Of a stretch of 64,000 nucleotides of DNA, positions 49,295-57,905 are shown piece after piece (positions within the stretch are counted from its first letter, which is position 1; every line of letters begins with the position of its first letter). The stretch lies in contig CAZHHJ010000001.1 of assembly GCA_964531295.1 (NCBI GenBank), positions 1,239 through 65,238 on the forward strand, in the 5' to 3' direction. A program made the translations under genes and the position numbers. The notes below the pieces were generated by a model. The model was not told where the DNA came from. It saw nothing but the letters and a program-made list of their open reading frames with translations, and ran no database searches. The DNA is from an uncultured Syntrophomonas sp. Lineage in GTDB: Bacteria; Bacillota; Syntrophomonadia; Syntrophomonadales; Syntrophomonadaceae.

Positions 49295-50152
49295 GTGGCC
49301 AGCATGAAGCAATTTTTAAAAGCCTTTTTTCTACTCACCCTGGGCTCTTTTATGGATGCAGCCGGTTTTTATTTCTTCCTGGCTCCCAACGCTATAGCCG
49401 CCGGAGGCATCAATGGCTTGGCCCTAATTTTAAATACCTTCCTGCCCCAGTTTCCACTGGGCAGTCTGGTGCTGCTTATGAGCATACTCATGTTGATAAC
49501 AGGCTTTATATTGGTGGGAGCCGTCTTTGGGTTCAAAACCATCTACTGCAGCATTTTAATCCCCCTGACTATCTGGGGTCTGGAGTATTTTTACCCCTTA
49601 AATGCCTCGTTGGGCAGTGATACCCTGGTACAGCTGATCTTTGGCGTATTGATCTCCGGCACCGGAATTGCCCTGCTGTTTAACCAGAATGCTTCCAGCG
49701 GAGGGACCGACATAGCCGCCCGTATATTACATAAGTTTTACCATATTGATCTGGGCAAAGGACTTTTCATCATTGATTTCTTTATCACCATTGCCGCCGC
49801 CTTCACCTTTGGCATTGAAAAAGGCATGTATGCCCTGTTAGGAGTACTTCTATATGGCCTGGTTATCGATGCAGTCATAGAAGGTTTTAATGTAAGCAAG
49901 CATGTGACTATTATCACCCGGGAGAGTGAAGTCGTTAAACGTTTTATTGTAGAGGAGCTGGAGCGAGGTGCTACCATATATGCTGCTCGAGGCGCCTATT
50001 CTGGTGAAGAACGGGAGGTAATCATAGCCATTGTCAACCGCCGGGAGTTCATCCATCTGCGTGGTTTCATCAAAGACCTTGATCCCCGGGCTTTTATCAC
50101 GGTGCAAAACACCCATGAGGTCCTGGGCGAAGGCTTTAAGGCGATAGAATAG
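49295..50152 (+). CDS. YitT-family membrane protein (DUF161 repeats + C-terminal DUF2179)
   Basis: Polytopic N-terminal part with SSGGTDI, and the C-terminal soluble domain ATIYAARGAYSGEEREVI. The likely start is the ATG at 49304. Confidence 0.86.
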   Translation: MASMKQFLKAFFLLTLGSFMDAAGFYFFLAPNAIAAGGINGLALILNTFLPQFPLGSLVLLMSILMLITGFILVGAVFGFKTIYCSILIPLTIWGLEYFYPLNASLGSDTLVQLIFGVLISGTGIALLFNQNASSGGTDIAARILHKFYHIDLGKGLFIIDFFITIAAAFTFGIEKGMYALLGVLLYGLVIDAVIEGFNVSKHVTIITRESEVVKRFIVEELERGATIYAARGAYSGEEREVIIAIVNRREFIHLRGFIKDLDPRAFITVQNTHEVLGEGFKAIE

Positions 50153-50386
50153 TTTCTTGCTATTGTCATTTCCCCATTTAAAGTGTTAGTATAGTTCTGA
50201 TAAACACTCGCAAGATACTGCCATATCACCCGCCCGCCTAATCCCGGAAGCCCTTACAGCGCCACAGTTTGGTGTTCTCGTTCGTTCACCAAGAATCCGG
50301 GAGAGAAAAGGGTGCTTATATAGCAGCAAGATACGCAGGCTTTATTTTCGCTATGGATTTTTACCTCACCAGACAGGAGAGATCAT

Positions 50387-51091
50387 ATGCTGGGGACTAT
50401 TGTCAACACCGGTGCCATTATTTTCGGATCTTTGATCGGATTATTTTTTAGAGGTGGTATCCCGGACTCCTATAACCACACCATTATGAAGGCTATCGGC
50501 CTGGCCGTGGTCTTGATCGGGCTTCTTAATGCATTCCAAACCGCCAATATTCTGCTGTTAATTTTTAGCCTGGCCCTGGGCAGTCTCTTAGGGGAAATAA
50601 TGAAAATAGAAGCCGGCCTGGAAAATTTGGGCAACTGGCTAGAGTCCAGATTCGCTTCCTCCGAGAGCAATATATCCCGCGGTTTTGTAAGTGCCAGCCT
50701 CTTGTTCTGTGTCGGAGCCATGGCTATTGTAGGTTCGCTGGAGAGCGGCTTGTCAGGCAACCATCAGACTTTATTCGCTAAATCGGTATTGGACGGTATT
50801 ACTTCCATAGTGTTCGCTTCCACCATGGGCCTGGGAGTTCTTTTTTCCGCCGCATCAGTATTTATTTATCAAGGTTTTATCACCTTGGCCGCATCTTTCC
50901 TGCAGCAGTTTCTGGTCGAAGCCGCCATAACTGAAATGTCGGCGGTAGGCGGTCTGTTAATACTGGCCATCGGCATGAATATTCTGGACTTGCCCCGTAT
51001 AAAAGTGGGCAACATGCTGCCCGCCATATTTCTACCTTTACTATACTATACACTCCTACCCTATTGGCCCAAACTCTTGGGCTTGTTTTGA
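50387..51091 (+). CDS. DUF554-family membrane protein
   Basis: Begins MLGTIVNTGAIIFGSLIG, typical of the DUF554/YqgA-like family. Polytopic. RBS CAGGAGAG. Confidence 0.82.
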   Translation: MLGTIVNTGAIIFGSLIGLFFRGGIPDSYNHTIMKAIGLAVVLIGLLNAFQTANILLLIFSLALGSLLGEIMKIEAGLENLGNWLESRFASSESNISRGFVSASLLFCVGAMAIVGSLESGLSGNHQTLFAKSVLDGITSIVFASTMGLGVLFSAASVFIYQGFITLAASFLQQFLVEAAITEMSAVGGLLILAIGMNILDLPRIKVGNMLPAIFLPLLYYTLLPYWPKLLGLF

Positions 51092-51134
51092 TAAACAAGC
51101 TTTATTGTAGCCTGCAAGGCCCGGCAGAAAATCT

Positions 51135-51866
51135 TTATATGAACTTGATGCTTAGTTCTAAATTGTTATTTTGCGATAACTCTCGCAGCAACCGGGTTAA
51201 AAGGTCAACGGTATTCTTCATAGCTACTTGCTGGAGCTTTTTGTGTTTGCCTGATTCCTGCAGGTCTTGTGATACAAATTCCCTTAGGATGTTAATATAT
51301 TCATCCTGATTGGCCTTCATCTCCACCAGGTCATCCCGGGGTTTACCTTTAAAAGTCAAGCAGCCTCCAGTAGTTTGGGCCTTATCATTGTAGATCTCTA
51401 TGCCGGTCATCTGGGGGCGGGGAAGGTGAAGCTGAATCCCGCTTTCGCTTATTATTACATCATCCGCTTTTAAGCTAGTTAAATCGATGCCCCAATGGGC
51501 CTTATATTCATATTTAATACTTACTACTTTCTGCCTGCCCGGTATGCTTATAGCTCTATTTAGAATTCTAATTGTCCCCGGATCTTCCAGTTGATAGTTG
51601 GCCCTCCCCTTTGCCTCCAGGACATTGAGCATACCTTCGGCATATAGTTTTTCTATCACTGCTTCATTACTTATCTTCACTGCTATGGTTTCTTGTTTAA
51701 CAAGTGAACCCTTTTGGCCCTGCCAATAGGCAGCACCGGCAACTAAAACCAGAACCAATATTGATATAATTGCCCTTCTAAGCAGCCTCCCTGAATTTTG
51801 TATTATCCGTATACCCTGAAATCCTTTCATAAACTGCATCTGCCTTGCTAGTTTAAGATACGACAT
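51135..51866 (-). CDS. DUF4230-like membrane-anchored protein
   Basis: A single N-terminal TM helix followed by a soluble domain with the pattern I associate with DUF4230 (KYEYKAHWGIDL...). By-eye call. Confidence 0.65.
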   Translation of the reverse strand: MSYLKLARQMQFMKGFQGIRIIQNSGRLLRRAIISILVLVLVAGAAYWQGQKGSLVKQETIAVKISNEAVIEKLYAEGMLNVLEAKGRANYQLEDPGTIRILNRAISIPGRQKVVSIKYEYKAHWGIDLTSLKADDVIISESGIQLHLPRPQMTGIEIYNDKAQTTGGCLTFKGKPRDDLVEMKANQDEYINILREFVSQDLQESGKHKKLQQVAMKNTVDLLTRLLRELSQNNNLELSIKFI

Positions 51867-52010
51867 AATCCCCCAATTTTTATTGAGTTGCTAAGATTTG
51901 TGTCATATATTTGTATATTATTATGATTGATTAGCTTCAAATATGAATCCGCGTCAAAAGGGCCGTCTCCACAACACGTTTTATTTGCTTAGGCGACCGG
52001 CCATCCATTA

Positions 52011-53282
52011 TTACTTATACTTTTCATATATCTCCCGGGCAGACTTTTTGACCTGCCGGCGTAAGGCTTTGGGCTGCAATACTTCCACTTGAGTTCCCCA
52101 TTGCAGTATCCAGCTGTGAAGTTCGATTAAGCCGCAGATTTGATATTCCAGTATAAGCGAGCCATCGGCCAGTTCTTCGGATATTTTCTGACTGGGGTGG
52201 TAACAGATGTTTTTCACCCGCAGGGCAACGGCCGGGGAAAACTTTAATCTTACCGTTTGTACCGGATCATTAGCGAAAACTCCCCAACTATAGCCGATAT
52301 GATCGCTTAGAGAAAAATCTTCTGGATATTCGAAGCTTTCTATACTGCGCAGATAAGGGGACTGGATCTGGTCAACTCTAAAGGTGCGATATTCTCTGAA
52401 GCGCAGATCATGGGCAATAAGGTACCATACTGAACGCTTGCACACGATACCCAGAGGTTCTAAAAAGCGCCGGGATTTTACCCCCGCAGCATTTACATAA
52501 TCGATATCCAGTCGGTAGCTCTCGGCCACGGCCAGGATGATTTTGCCCAGAATATCTCCAAAATTACGGGGATTAGTCAGGGTATCTCCCAACACATACA
52601 CCCGTTCCTGCAGTCGTTCCGATAAATTAGGTATAGTCTTAAAGAAAGCCCTTTCTATTTCTCTTTTAGCCGCCTGAGTCGCTCCCTCCAGAAGGGTGCC
52701 CCGGTAAAGCAGCATGCTAATATAAACGGTGGCAGCACTCTCAACCGGCAGCTTGGGCAGATAGCTCTCCATGAGACAGTAGTGACTGCTCCCCGTGGCC
52801 GGACGTTGAATAGCAATGCCCATGTCTTCCAGGTCCTTTATGTCCCGGTAGATCATGCGCCGGATAGCTTCATCAGAGGGTAACTCAGCACTATGATGGC
52901 TCATGAGCTCCAGGTAATAATACTTAATTCTGCTAAAAGTCAAACCTCCGTCGGGCAGAGTATTTTGCAGCATACTATATAGATAAATTAGTCTTTCAGC
53001 CGGTTCGGGTCCCCGCTTTTTCCCTTTCATGCTAGCCAGCATCTGCTGCACTTCTGCTGCCTGCAGGCGGAGGCCATCTCTTAAAACTTTAAACTCCTGC
53101 TGCTCACAGCATACTGCCGGATCATCAATAAAACCTAACAAGTAAGTATAAAGACTGTTTTCACTTATCTTTAAACTCGAGAGCATTTCCTCCAGCGGAC
53201 AGTCCGGATGCTCCTCCACAAATCTCCTTATAGCAGCAGCTTTAGCGGTAATAAGCTCCACCTGGCTTTGATTCCTGGCCAC
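52011..53282 (-). CDS. WYL-domain transcriptional regulator with an extended N-terminus
   Basis: WYL signature SVWYLIAHDLRFREYRTFRVDQI, preceding wHTH-like regions and a C-terminal WCX-like region. GTG start with AGAGGGTG upstream. 423 aa is about 100 aa longer than typical HTH-WYL-WCX proteins. Confidence 0.8.
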   Translation of the reverse strand: MARNQSQVELITAKAAAIRRFVEEHPDCPLEEMLSSLKISENSLYTYLLGFIDDPAVCCEQQEFKVLRDGLRLQAAEVQQMLASMKGKKRGPEPAERLIYLYSMLQNTLPDGGLTFSRIKYYYLELMSHHSAELPSDEAIRRMIYRDIKDLEDMGIAIQRPATGSSHYCLMESYLPKLPVESAATVYISMLLYRGTLLEGATQAAKREIERAFFKTIPNLSERLQERVYVLGDTLTNPRNFGDILGKIILAVAESYRLDIDYVNAAGVKSRRFLEPLGIVCKRSVWYLIAHDLRFREYRTFRVDQIQSPYLRSIESFEYPEDFSLSDHIGYSWGVFANDPVQTVRLKFSPAVALRVKNICYHPSQKISEELADGSLILEYQICGLIELHSWILQWGTQVEVLQPKALRRQVKKSAREIYEKYK

Positions 53283-53342
53283 TGTTTCACACCCTCTTTA
53301 AACATTTATTCATCGTGTCATGGGGACGGTGCTTTTACTCGC

Positions 53343-53513
53343 TTACCAATTATCTGAACTGTGTTCCTTTAGGCAGGTGGGGCATAAAAAGACAGCGCCT
53401 GGTGAGCATCCATTCCCTACTAGGTAAAGCAATGCACAATCCCGGCACAGGGAAATCTGGCATTGAATACATTTCGTAACTGCAGGGTTTGTTTGGCAAA
53501 GCATACAGGTCAT
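53343..53513 (-). CDS. Cys-rich B-box-like zinc-finger miniprotein (56 aa)
   Basis: MTCMLCQTNPAVTKCIQCQISLCRDCALLYLVGNGCSPGAVFLCPTCLKEH... has four CxxC pairs plus one Cys and one His. Start set at the ATG at 53513, with GGGAGGAGG 6 nt upstream. Confidence 0.6.
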   Translation of the reverse strand: MTCMLCQTNPAVTKCIQCQISLCRDCALLYLVGNGCSPGAVFLCPTCLKEHSSDNW

Positions 53514-53608
53514 AAAGATCCTCCTCCCTTCTATGTTATTATCATAACATTTGAAATACTTGTCTTTGTAGAAAAGTGTCCACAAATTTCCCTCATAGTG
53601 TTTCGTGT

Positions 53609-54823
53609 CTAAAAAGGCTCCTCAAAAAGCTGATAAATAACCTCGTTGAATATCTCCTCCCTGGCTAACAGGGGTACCATTCGGGTTCGCTTCAGTAATC
53701 CCGGTAATTCATTCCTCACCCTGCCCCGGTGTGGAACATAGTGTTTTTTTACTTCATTTAGAAATTCCTGAAAGGTATAGATTCTAAAGCGCTCCACCTG
53801 ATACCCGCAAGCCACCTGTTCCAGCAATAAAACAGCGATTTCCTCATAATCAGCTGTCCGGGGAATATTTAGAAGCTCGGCCAGGCGAGGCACAATATGC
53901 TCAAAAAGCATCCGGCGGTAAGGGCGTCCTGTAAAACCGAAAATTTCCCCGATATATAAGACCTTATCCTCCGGCAAAGCTGCGAGCAATTGTAACACAT
54001 ATACTTCTCCCCGGTCGGGCTGAATATAATATTTTTTTCCTTTCAGGTTCTGAAAAACCCGCATGGCGTCAAAGTAACCCAATTGAAGATTCCGCTTCGC
54101 AAGTTCTGAATCAAAATCTAAAATCCCTCCGAGGTCATCTGCCGGAGAGATATAGTGAATATTCATTCCTTCAGTTTTAATCCTTCTGTGCCTTCCCGGC
54201 GCATAGGTTCGAACCACAATAATATCGGTGTAGCCTTTGTCCTGAAGCAGCTTAATGGGGAGATTATCATAAAATCCCCCATCGATAAAGCGTTTTCCTT
54301 CCATGCGGTCTATCTTAAATCCCGGAAAACCAGCACTGGCAATTAGGTAATCTACTAGCTGCCCCTGCGGTATGTCTTCAACAAAAAGTTCCATGGCTTT
54401 AAAATCACTCAGAGATACGGTTACTATTCCCAGCTTTATTTCCGAACTTCGTACCCGGTCTTCATTTATATTTTCTTCCAGCAAACTTTTTAACGGAGTG
54501 ACATCCAGACCCCCCTCAGCCAGAATCTCCCTTATCCTTCTTGCATAGTAAGGAAAATCGGCCCGGTTAATGCCTTGATTGCGTATCTCCTCCAGTCGGG
54601 CCTCATCTATCACAAAGACTTTGGCGGGGCTGATCTCAGACCACAATTTGGAGGCCTTTTCAATCTCCCCCTGGGCAATCATGGCACCGTTTAAAGCGCC
54701 CACAGAGGTGCCGCTGACTGCTGATATTTTTATATCTAGCTCCTGAAGGGCCTGGTATGCTCCTATATGGTAAGCGCCTTTGGTTCCGCCCCCTTCTAAA
54801 ACTAATCCGTACATAAAAGCCAC
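53609..54823 (-). CDS. patatin-like phospholipase with a ~200-aa uncharacterised C-terminal domain
   Basis: Oxyanion GGGTKGAYHIG, nucleophile elbow GTSVGA and catalytic Asp FIDGGFYDN. The likely true start is the ATG at 54814 (MYGLVLEGGG). Confidence 0.9.
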   Translation of the reverse strand: MAFMYGLVLEGGGTKGAYHIGAYQALQELDIKISAVSGTSVGALNGAMIAQGEIEKASKLWSEISPAKVFVIDEARLEEIRNQGINRADFPYYARRIREILAEGGLDVTPLKSLLEENINEDRVRSSEIKLGIVTVSLSDFKAMELFVEDIPQGQLVDYLIASAGFPGFKIDRMEGKRFIDGGFYDNLPIKLLQDKGYTDIIVVRTYAPGRHRRIKTEGMNIHYISPADDLGGILDFDSELAKRNLQLGYFDAMRVFQNLKGKKYYIQPDRGEVYVLQLLAALPEDKVLYIGEIFGFTGRPYRRMLFEHIVPRLAELLNIPRTADYEEIAVLLLEQVACGYQVERFRIYTFQEFLNEVKKHYVPHRGRVRNELPGLLKRTRMVPLLAREEIFNEVIYQLFEEPF

Positions 54824-55025
54824 ACCTCTCTTTCACATCCTTATATGTTTCCTCCTTCTGCTTCTCAGCATATCCAATTCATCTTTAGGAGGCAAGAAAA
54901 GTCTTGCTACCGTATAGATTATTGCCGCTAATAGGTAGCGATGTTATACTTGAAATAATCATGATACCTTATTACTATAAATATCCACTAAATGTAAGAT
55001 TCCGGTAATAGATCAACCTGAAGGT

Positions 55026-55367
55026 TTGCTTGTCGAATTGCCGATAGCCTGCCACAATAGCGAGGGCTACTTTCATAGGCTGCTTTTTCGGCTTTGGGGC
55101 AGGAACGCCAGTGAACCCTCCGATGACCAGTTCTTCCTGAACTGCGGGAGCGGAACCTTCAGCCTGACCATATCCAATACCAATGGCTCCTGGAGTTTTA
55201 TCGGGGACTACAGGCCTACAGAAGAAAATGAATACGGACTGGAACTGAACAGTGGTGATAAAAAGAAAGACTATATCGATAAGCAGAATCTGCTAGTTTT
55301 TAGTTTGGAGCATTTGGATGTATACATCAGCCCTGAAGATGGTGAACTTTGGCTGGGGGGGTGGTGA
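55026..55367 (+). CDS. questionable ORF or gene fragment (beta-rich, no internal Met, TTG start, no RBS)
   Basis: 113-codon ORF ending just before the RBS of the next gene. The composition is protein-like, but no credible initiation signal is present. Confidence 0.3.
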   Translation: MLVELPIACHNSEGYFHRLLFRLWGRNASEPSDDQFFLNCGSGTFSLTISNTNGSWSFIGDYRPTEENEYGLELNSGDKKKDYIDKQNLLVFSLEHLDVYISPEDGELWLGGW

Positions 55368-55439
55368 CAAAGTAGTCTTCATCCGGGAGTAAGAGTAGCA
55401 AGATAAAAGACCAATATAAATACTGGGAGGAGAATGTTT

Positions 55440-55907
55440 ATGAAAAAATGGCTATGTTTTATCATTAGTGTTATGATCTTGGGATTACTGTTTACCGGCT
55501 GCGGAGACAAACCTGAGCAGAGTTCTGCACCGAACCCCCCGGCCCAGGAAGAAGAGGCTGAGGGGAGGATCACTGAACTCATGGCTGCCTGGGAGGATGC
55601 AGGGCTGAGCGTTGAATTGATGCCGGATATGGGGATACAAAATTTGGCATTGAACATGTACTACGGTATTAACGGCTATCAGATAAAGATTGATGGAAAC
55701 TCGGTCATAGTGATTGAATATGACCTGAACAATCTGAACGCCGTTGCCCAGAATCGTCTGGATTGGATTGACGATAAGGGATACGATTCAAAATCCAATG
55801 AACCCACCTGGCGAAACGCCGAATTCACTCTGTCGGGCTCGTCGGATATGTCCCTTAAAGATAATCCTCAAAAAGATAAAATAGTAGAGGTTTTTACAGA
55901 GTTTTAA
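55440..55907 (+). CDS. lipoprotein of unknown function
   Basis: MKKWLCFIISVMILGLLFTGC signal peptide with lipobox. GGGAGGAG lies 7 nt upstream of the ATG at 55440. Confidence 0.7.
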   Translation: MKKWLCFIISVMILGLLFTGCGDKPEQSSAPNPPAQEEEAEGRITELMAAWEDAGLSVELMPDMGIQNLALNMYYGINGYQIKIDGNSVIVIEYDLNNLNAVAQNRLDWIDDKGYDSKSNEPTWRNAEFTLSGSSDMSLKDNPQKDKIVEVFTEF

Positions 55908-55946
55908 CAAGGACAGTTTAAGGCCTTTAACCCTTACAGTTAGCCA

Positions 55947-55990
55947 AAAGGAGCCCCCGGAGGAAATAAGGGCTCCGGGGGCTTTTCTTG
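55947..55990. terminator. bidirectional intrinsic terminator
   Basis: A perfect 11-bp stem AGCCCCCGGAG (55952-62) / CTCCGGGGGCT (55973-83), flanked by A- and T-rich tracts, between convergent genes. Confidence 0.85.
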
Positions 55991-55991
55991 C

Positions 55992-56471
55992 TCATTTGTG
56001 GTATTTTTCGCCTTTTATAATTTTAAATCCCCGGTATAACTGTTCACTGAGGATAAGAACCGCCATCTGGTGAGGGAAGGTCATAGAGGAGAATGATATG
56101 GATTGATCTGCACGGTTTTTTACCTGGGCGGATAAACCATGTGAACCGCCGATTACCAGGTTGACCCGGTTTTTACCAGAGCTGTTCCAATCGTTCACAT
56201 ACTCGGCCAGTTGCTCTGAATCCAGTCTTTTCCCGGCTATATCAAAGGTTACCAGAATCTCATCTTTCCCCAACAGGCCCAGTATTTTTTCCCCTTCTTT
56301 TTGCAGGATTTTGTCTATTTCCTTTTCCCCGGCCCGAGGGTTGGTCTTCTCTTCCAGCCCATCCACTAATTCAATACTGGTGTATGGAGTTAATCTTTTG
56401 GTGTATTCCTTAATTCCATCCTGGTAGAATGGTTCACGTATTTTGCCCACCGATATTATTCTGTATTTCAT
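55992..56471 (-). CDS. rlmH: 23S rRNA (pseudouridine1915-N3)-methyltransferase
   Basis: 159-aa SPOUT protein (MKYRIISVGK..., LVIGGSHG, HQMAVLILSEQLYR). Start at the ATG at 56471, with GGAGTGG upstream. Confidence 0.93.
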   Translation of the reverse strand: MKYRIISVGKIREPFYQDGIKEYTKRLTPYTSIELVDGLEEKTNPRAGEKEIDKILQKEGEKILGLLGKDEILVTFDIAGKRLDSEQLAEYVNDWNSSGKNRVNLVIGGSHGLSAQVKNRADQSISFSSMTFPHQMAVLILSEQLYRGFKIIKGEKYHK

Positions 56472-56536
56472 AATCCACTCCGCTAGCAATTTTTCACATT
56501 CTAACCCAGTACAACAGAAAAATAAAGGAGCGATCC

Positions 56537-57661
56537 TCAGCTTAACCTAACTTTTAGCGTACGTTTCTCCACCTGGGCCTGCTCTGCATTTATTATTCTT
56601 ATTACGGTCACCTGCACGGAGTCGCCTGCTTTTTTCTCTAAAATGTAAGCCTGTAAATCCAGGCCGGTGCTCACTTCTTTACCATCAATAGTAGAAATTA
56701 CGTCAAAAGCCTTTAAACCGGCCTCATCTGCTGCGCTTCCGCACACCGGTTCGATGATCACCCCTCCATTAATCGGTAGTTCATAATAGCGAGCTTTTTC
56801 TCGGCTTATTTCGCCAATAACCCTTATACCCATCATGGGCCGGGTTACTTGGCCCTTATCTTTTATTTCTTCTATTACTGCCTTAACTTGGTTGGAAGGA
56901 ATGGAAAATCCCATACCCTCAAAGCCGCTTTCGGCTATCTTTATGGTATTGATGCCAATCAATTCTCCATCCAGGTTTACCAGTGCTCCCCCCGAATTAC
57001 CTGGATTAATGGCTGCATCGGTTTGTATCAATCTGAATAAGAATCCTTCCTCAGTAGTTAACAAGCGGTTTAATCCGCTGACTATGCCTGCTGTTACTGA
57101 GCGGGCAAACCTTAAGCCCAGCGGGTTGCCGATAGCTATAACTTCCTGACCCACTACTAATTGTTCTGAATTCCCAAACTTAATGGGTGTAACATGATTA
57201 TCCACCTTTACTTTTATAAGCGCCAGATCAGTCAAGGGATCGCTGCCAATCACTTCTGCCTGCTCTTCGTTACCATCGGCCAGGGTCACGGTTATGGTGT
57301 CCGCCCCCTTAACCACGTGATTATTGGTTACTATATAGCCTTCATTATCCAGGACAACTCCTGAGCCGGTAGACTCTACGGTGTTCTGTGCAAACATATT
57401 TCCCTCCCGGCTCAAGTTGCTGATTCCGACTATGGACGGACTGACCTGAGCGGCTATGTCGCTTATACGGCCTCGATAGGCCTCTTCTTCGGTACTTAAA
57501 ATGCTCTGAGTGTTTTCGCCCCCATCATGGTTGGGCCCGATATACCATAATGTACCCAGCCCTATGCTGAAGAAGGTAAGGAATGCTACTATTAATCGTG
57601 TGTTTCTGCCCAAAATTTTCCCTCCTGAAGAAAGCCTATTTTGATTTAGCTTATTAATCAT
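56537..57661 (-). CDS. htrA: HtrA/DegP-family serine protease with one PDZ domain
   Basis: Catalytic triad contexts TNNHV, DLALIK and GNSGGAL. N-terminal TM anchor and C-terminal PDZ domain. Confidence 0.92.
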   Translation of the reverse strand: MINKLNQNRLSSGGKILGRNTRLIVAFLTFFSIGLGTLWYIGPNHDGGENTQSILSTEEEAYRGRISDIAAQVSPSIVGISNLSREGNMFAQNTVESTGSGVVLDNEGYIVTNNHVVKGADTITVTLADGNEEQAEVIGSDPLTDLALIKVKVDNHVTPIKFGNSEQLVVGQEVIAIGNPLGLRFARSVTAGIVSGLNRLLTTEEGFLFRLIQTDAAINPGNSGGALVNLDGELIGINTIKIAESGFEGMGFSIPSNQVKAVIEEIKDKGQVTRPMMGIRVIGEISREKARYYELPINGGVIIEPVCGSAADEAGLKAFDVISTIDGKEVSTGLDLQAYILEKKAGDSVQVTVIRIINAEQAQVEKRTLKVRLS

Positions 57662-57800
57662 TTAAAATAGCTTTTTCCCCGGCAGATAATTTATACGGTT
57701 CAATATATTCCATCCCCCCCAATTATGAAATATGCTTTCGCCATAAGTTCAGAAAAGAATCGCTTGGGGAGAGACTTTGGTGTTGCTGGTGGGACTTACT

Positions 57801-57833
57801 AACAAAGGGCGACACGCTGTGCCGCCCTTTGTT
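57801..57833. terminator. hairpin downstream of murA (possible terminator)
   Basis: AACAAAGGGCG-N11-CGCCCTTTGTT, an 11-bp perfect inverted repeat. Confidence 0.5.
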
Positions 57834-57905
57834 AATTTCATTTGTTTTTTTCCGCAATCCAAAAACTGCCTGGCTCAAGTCAATATCATACTTGTTCTGC
57901 AGTTC

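Noticed and set aside
50269-50451. 60-aa ORF spanning the DUF554 leader and the gene start.
   Set aside because: It overlaps the well-supported DUF554 start in another frame, has no RBS and has an arbitrary composition.
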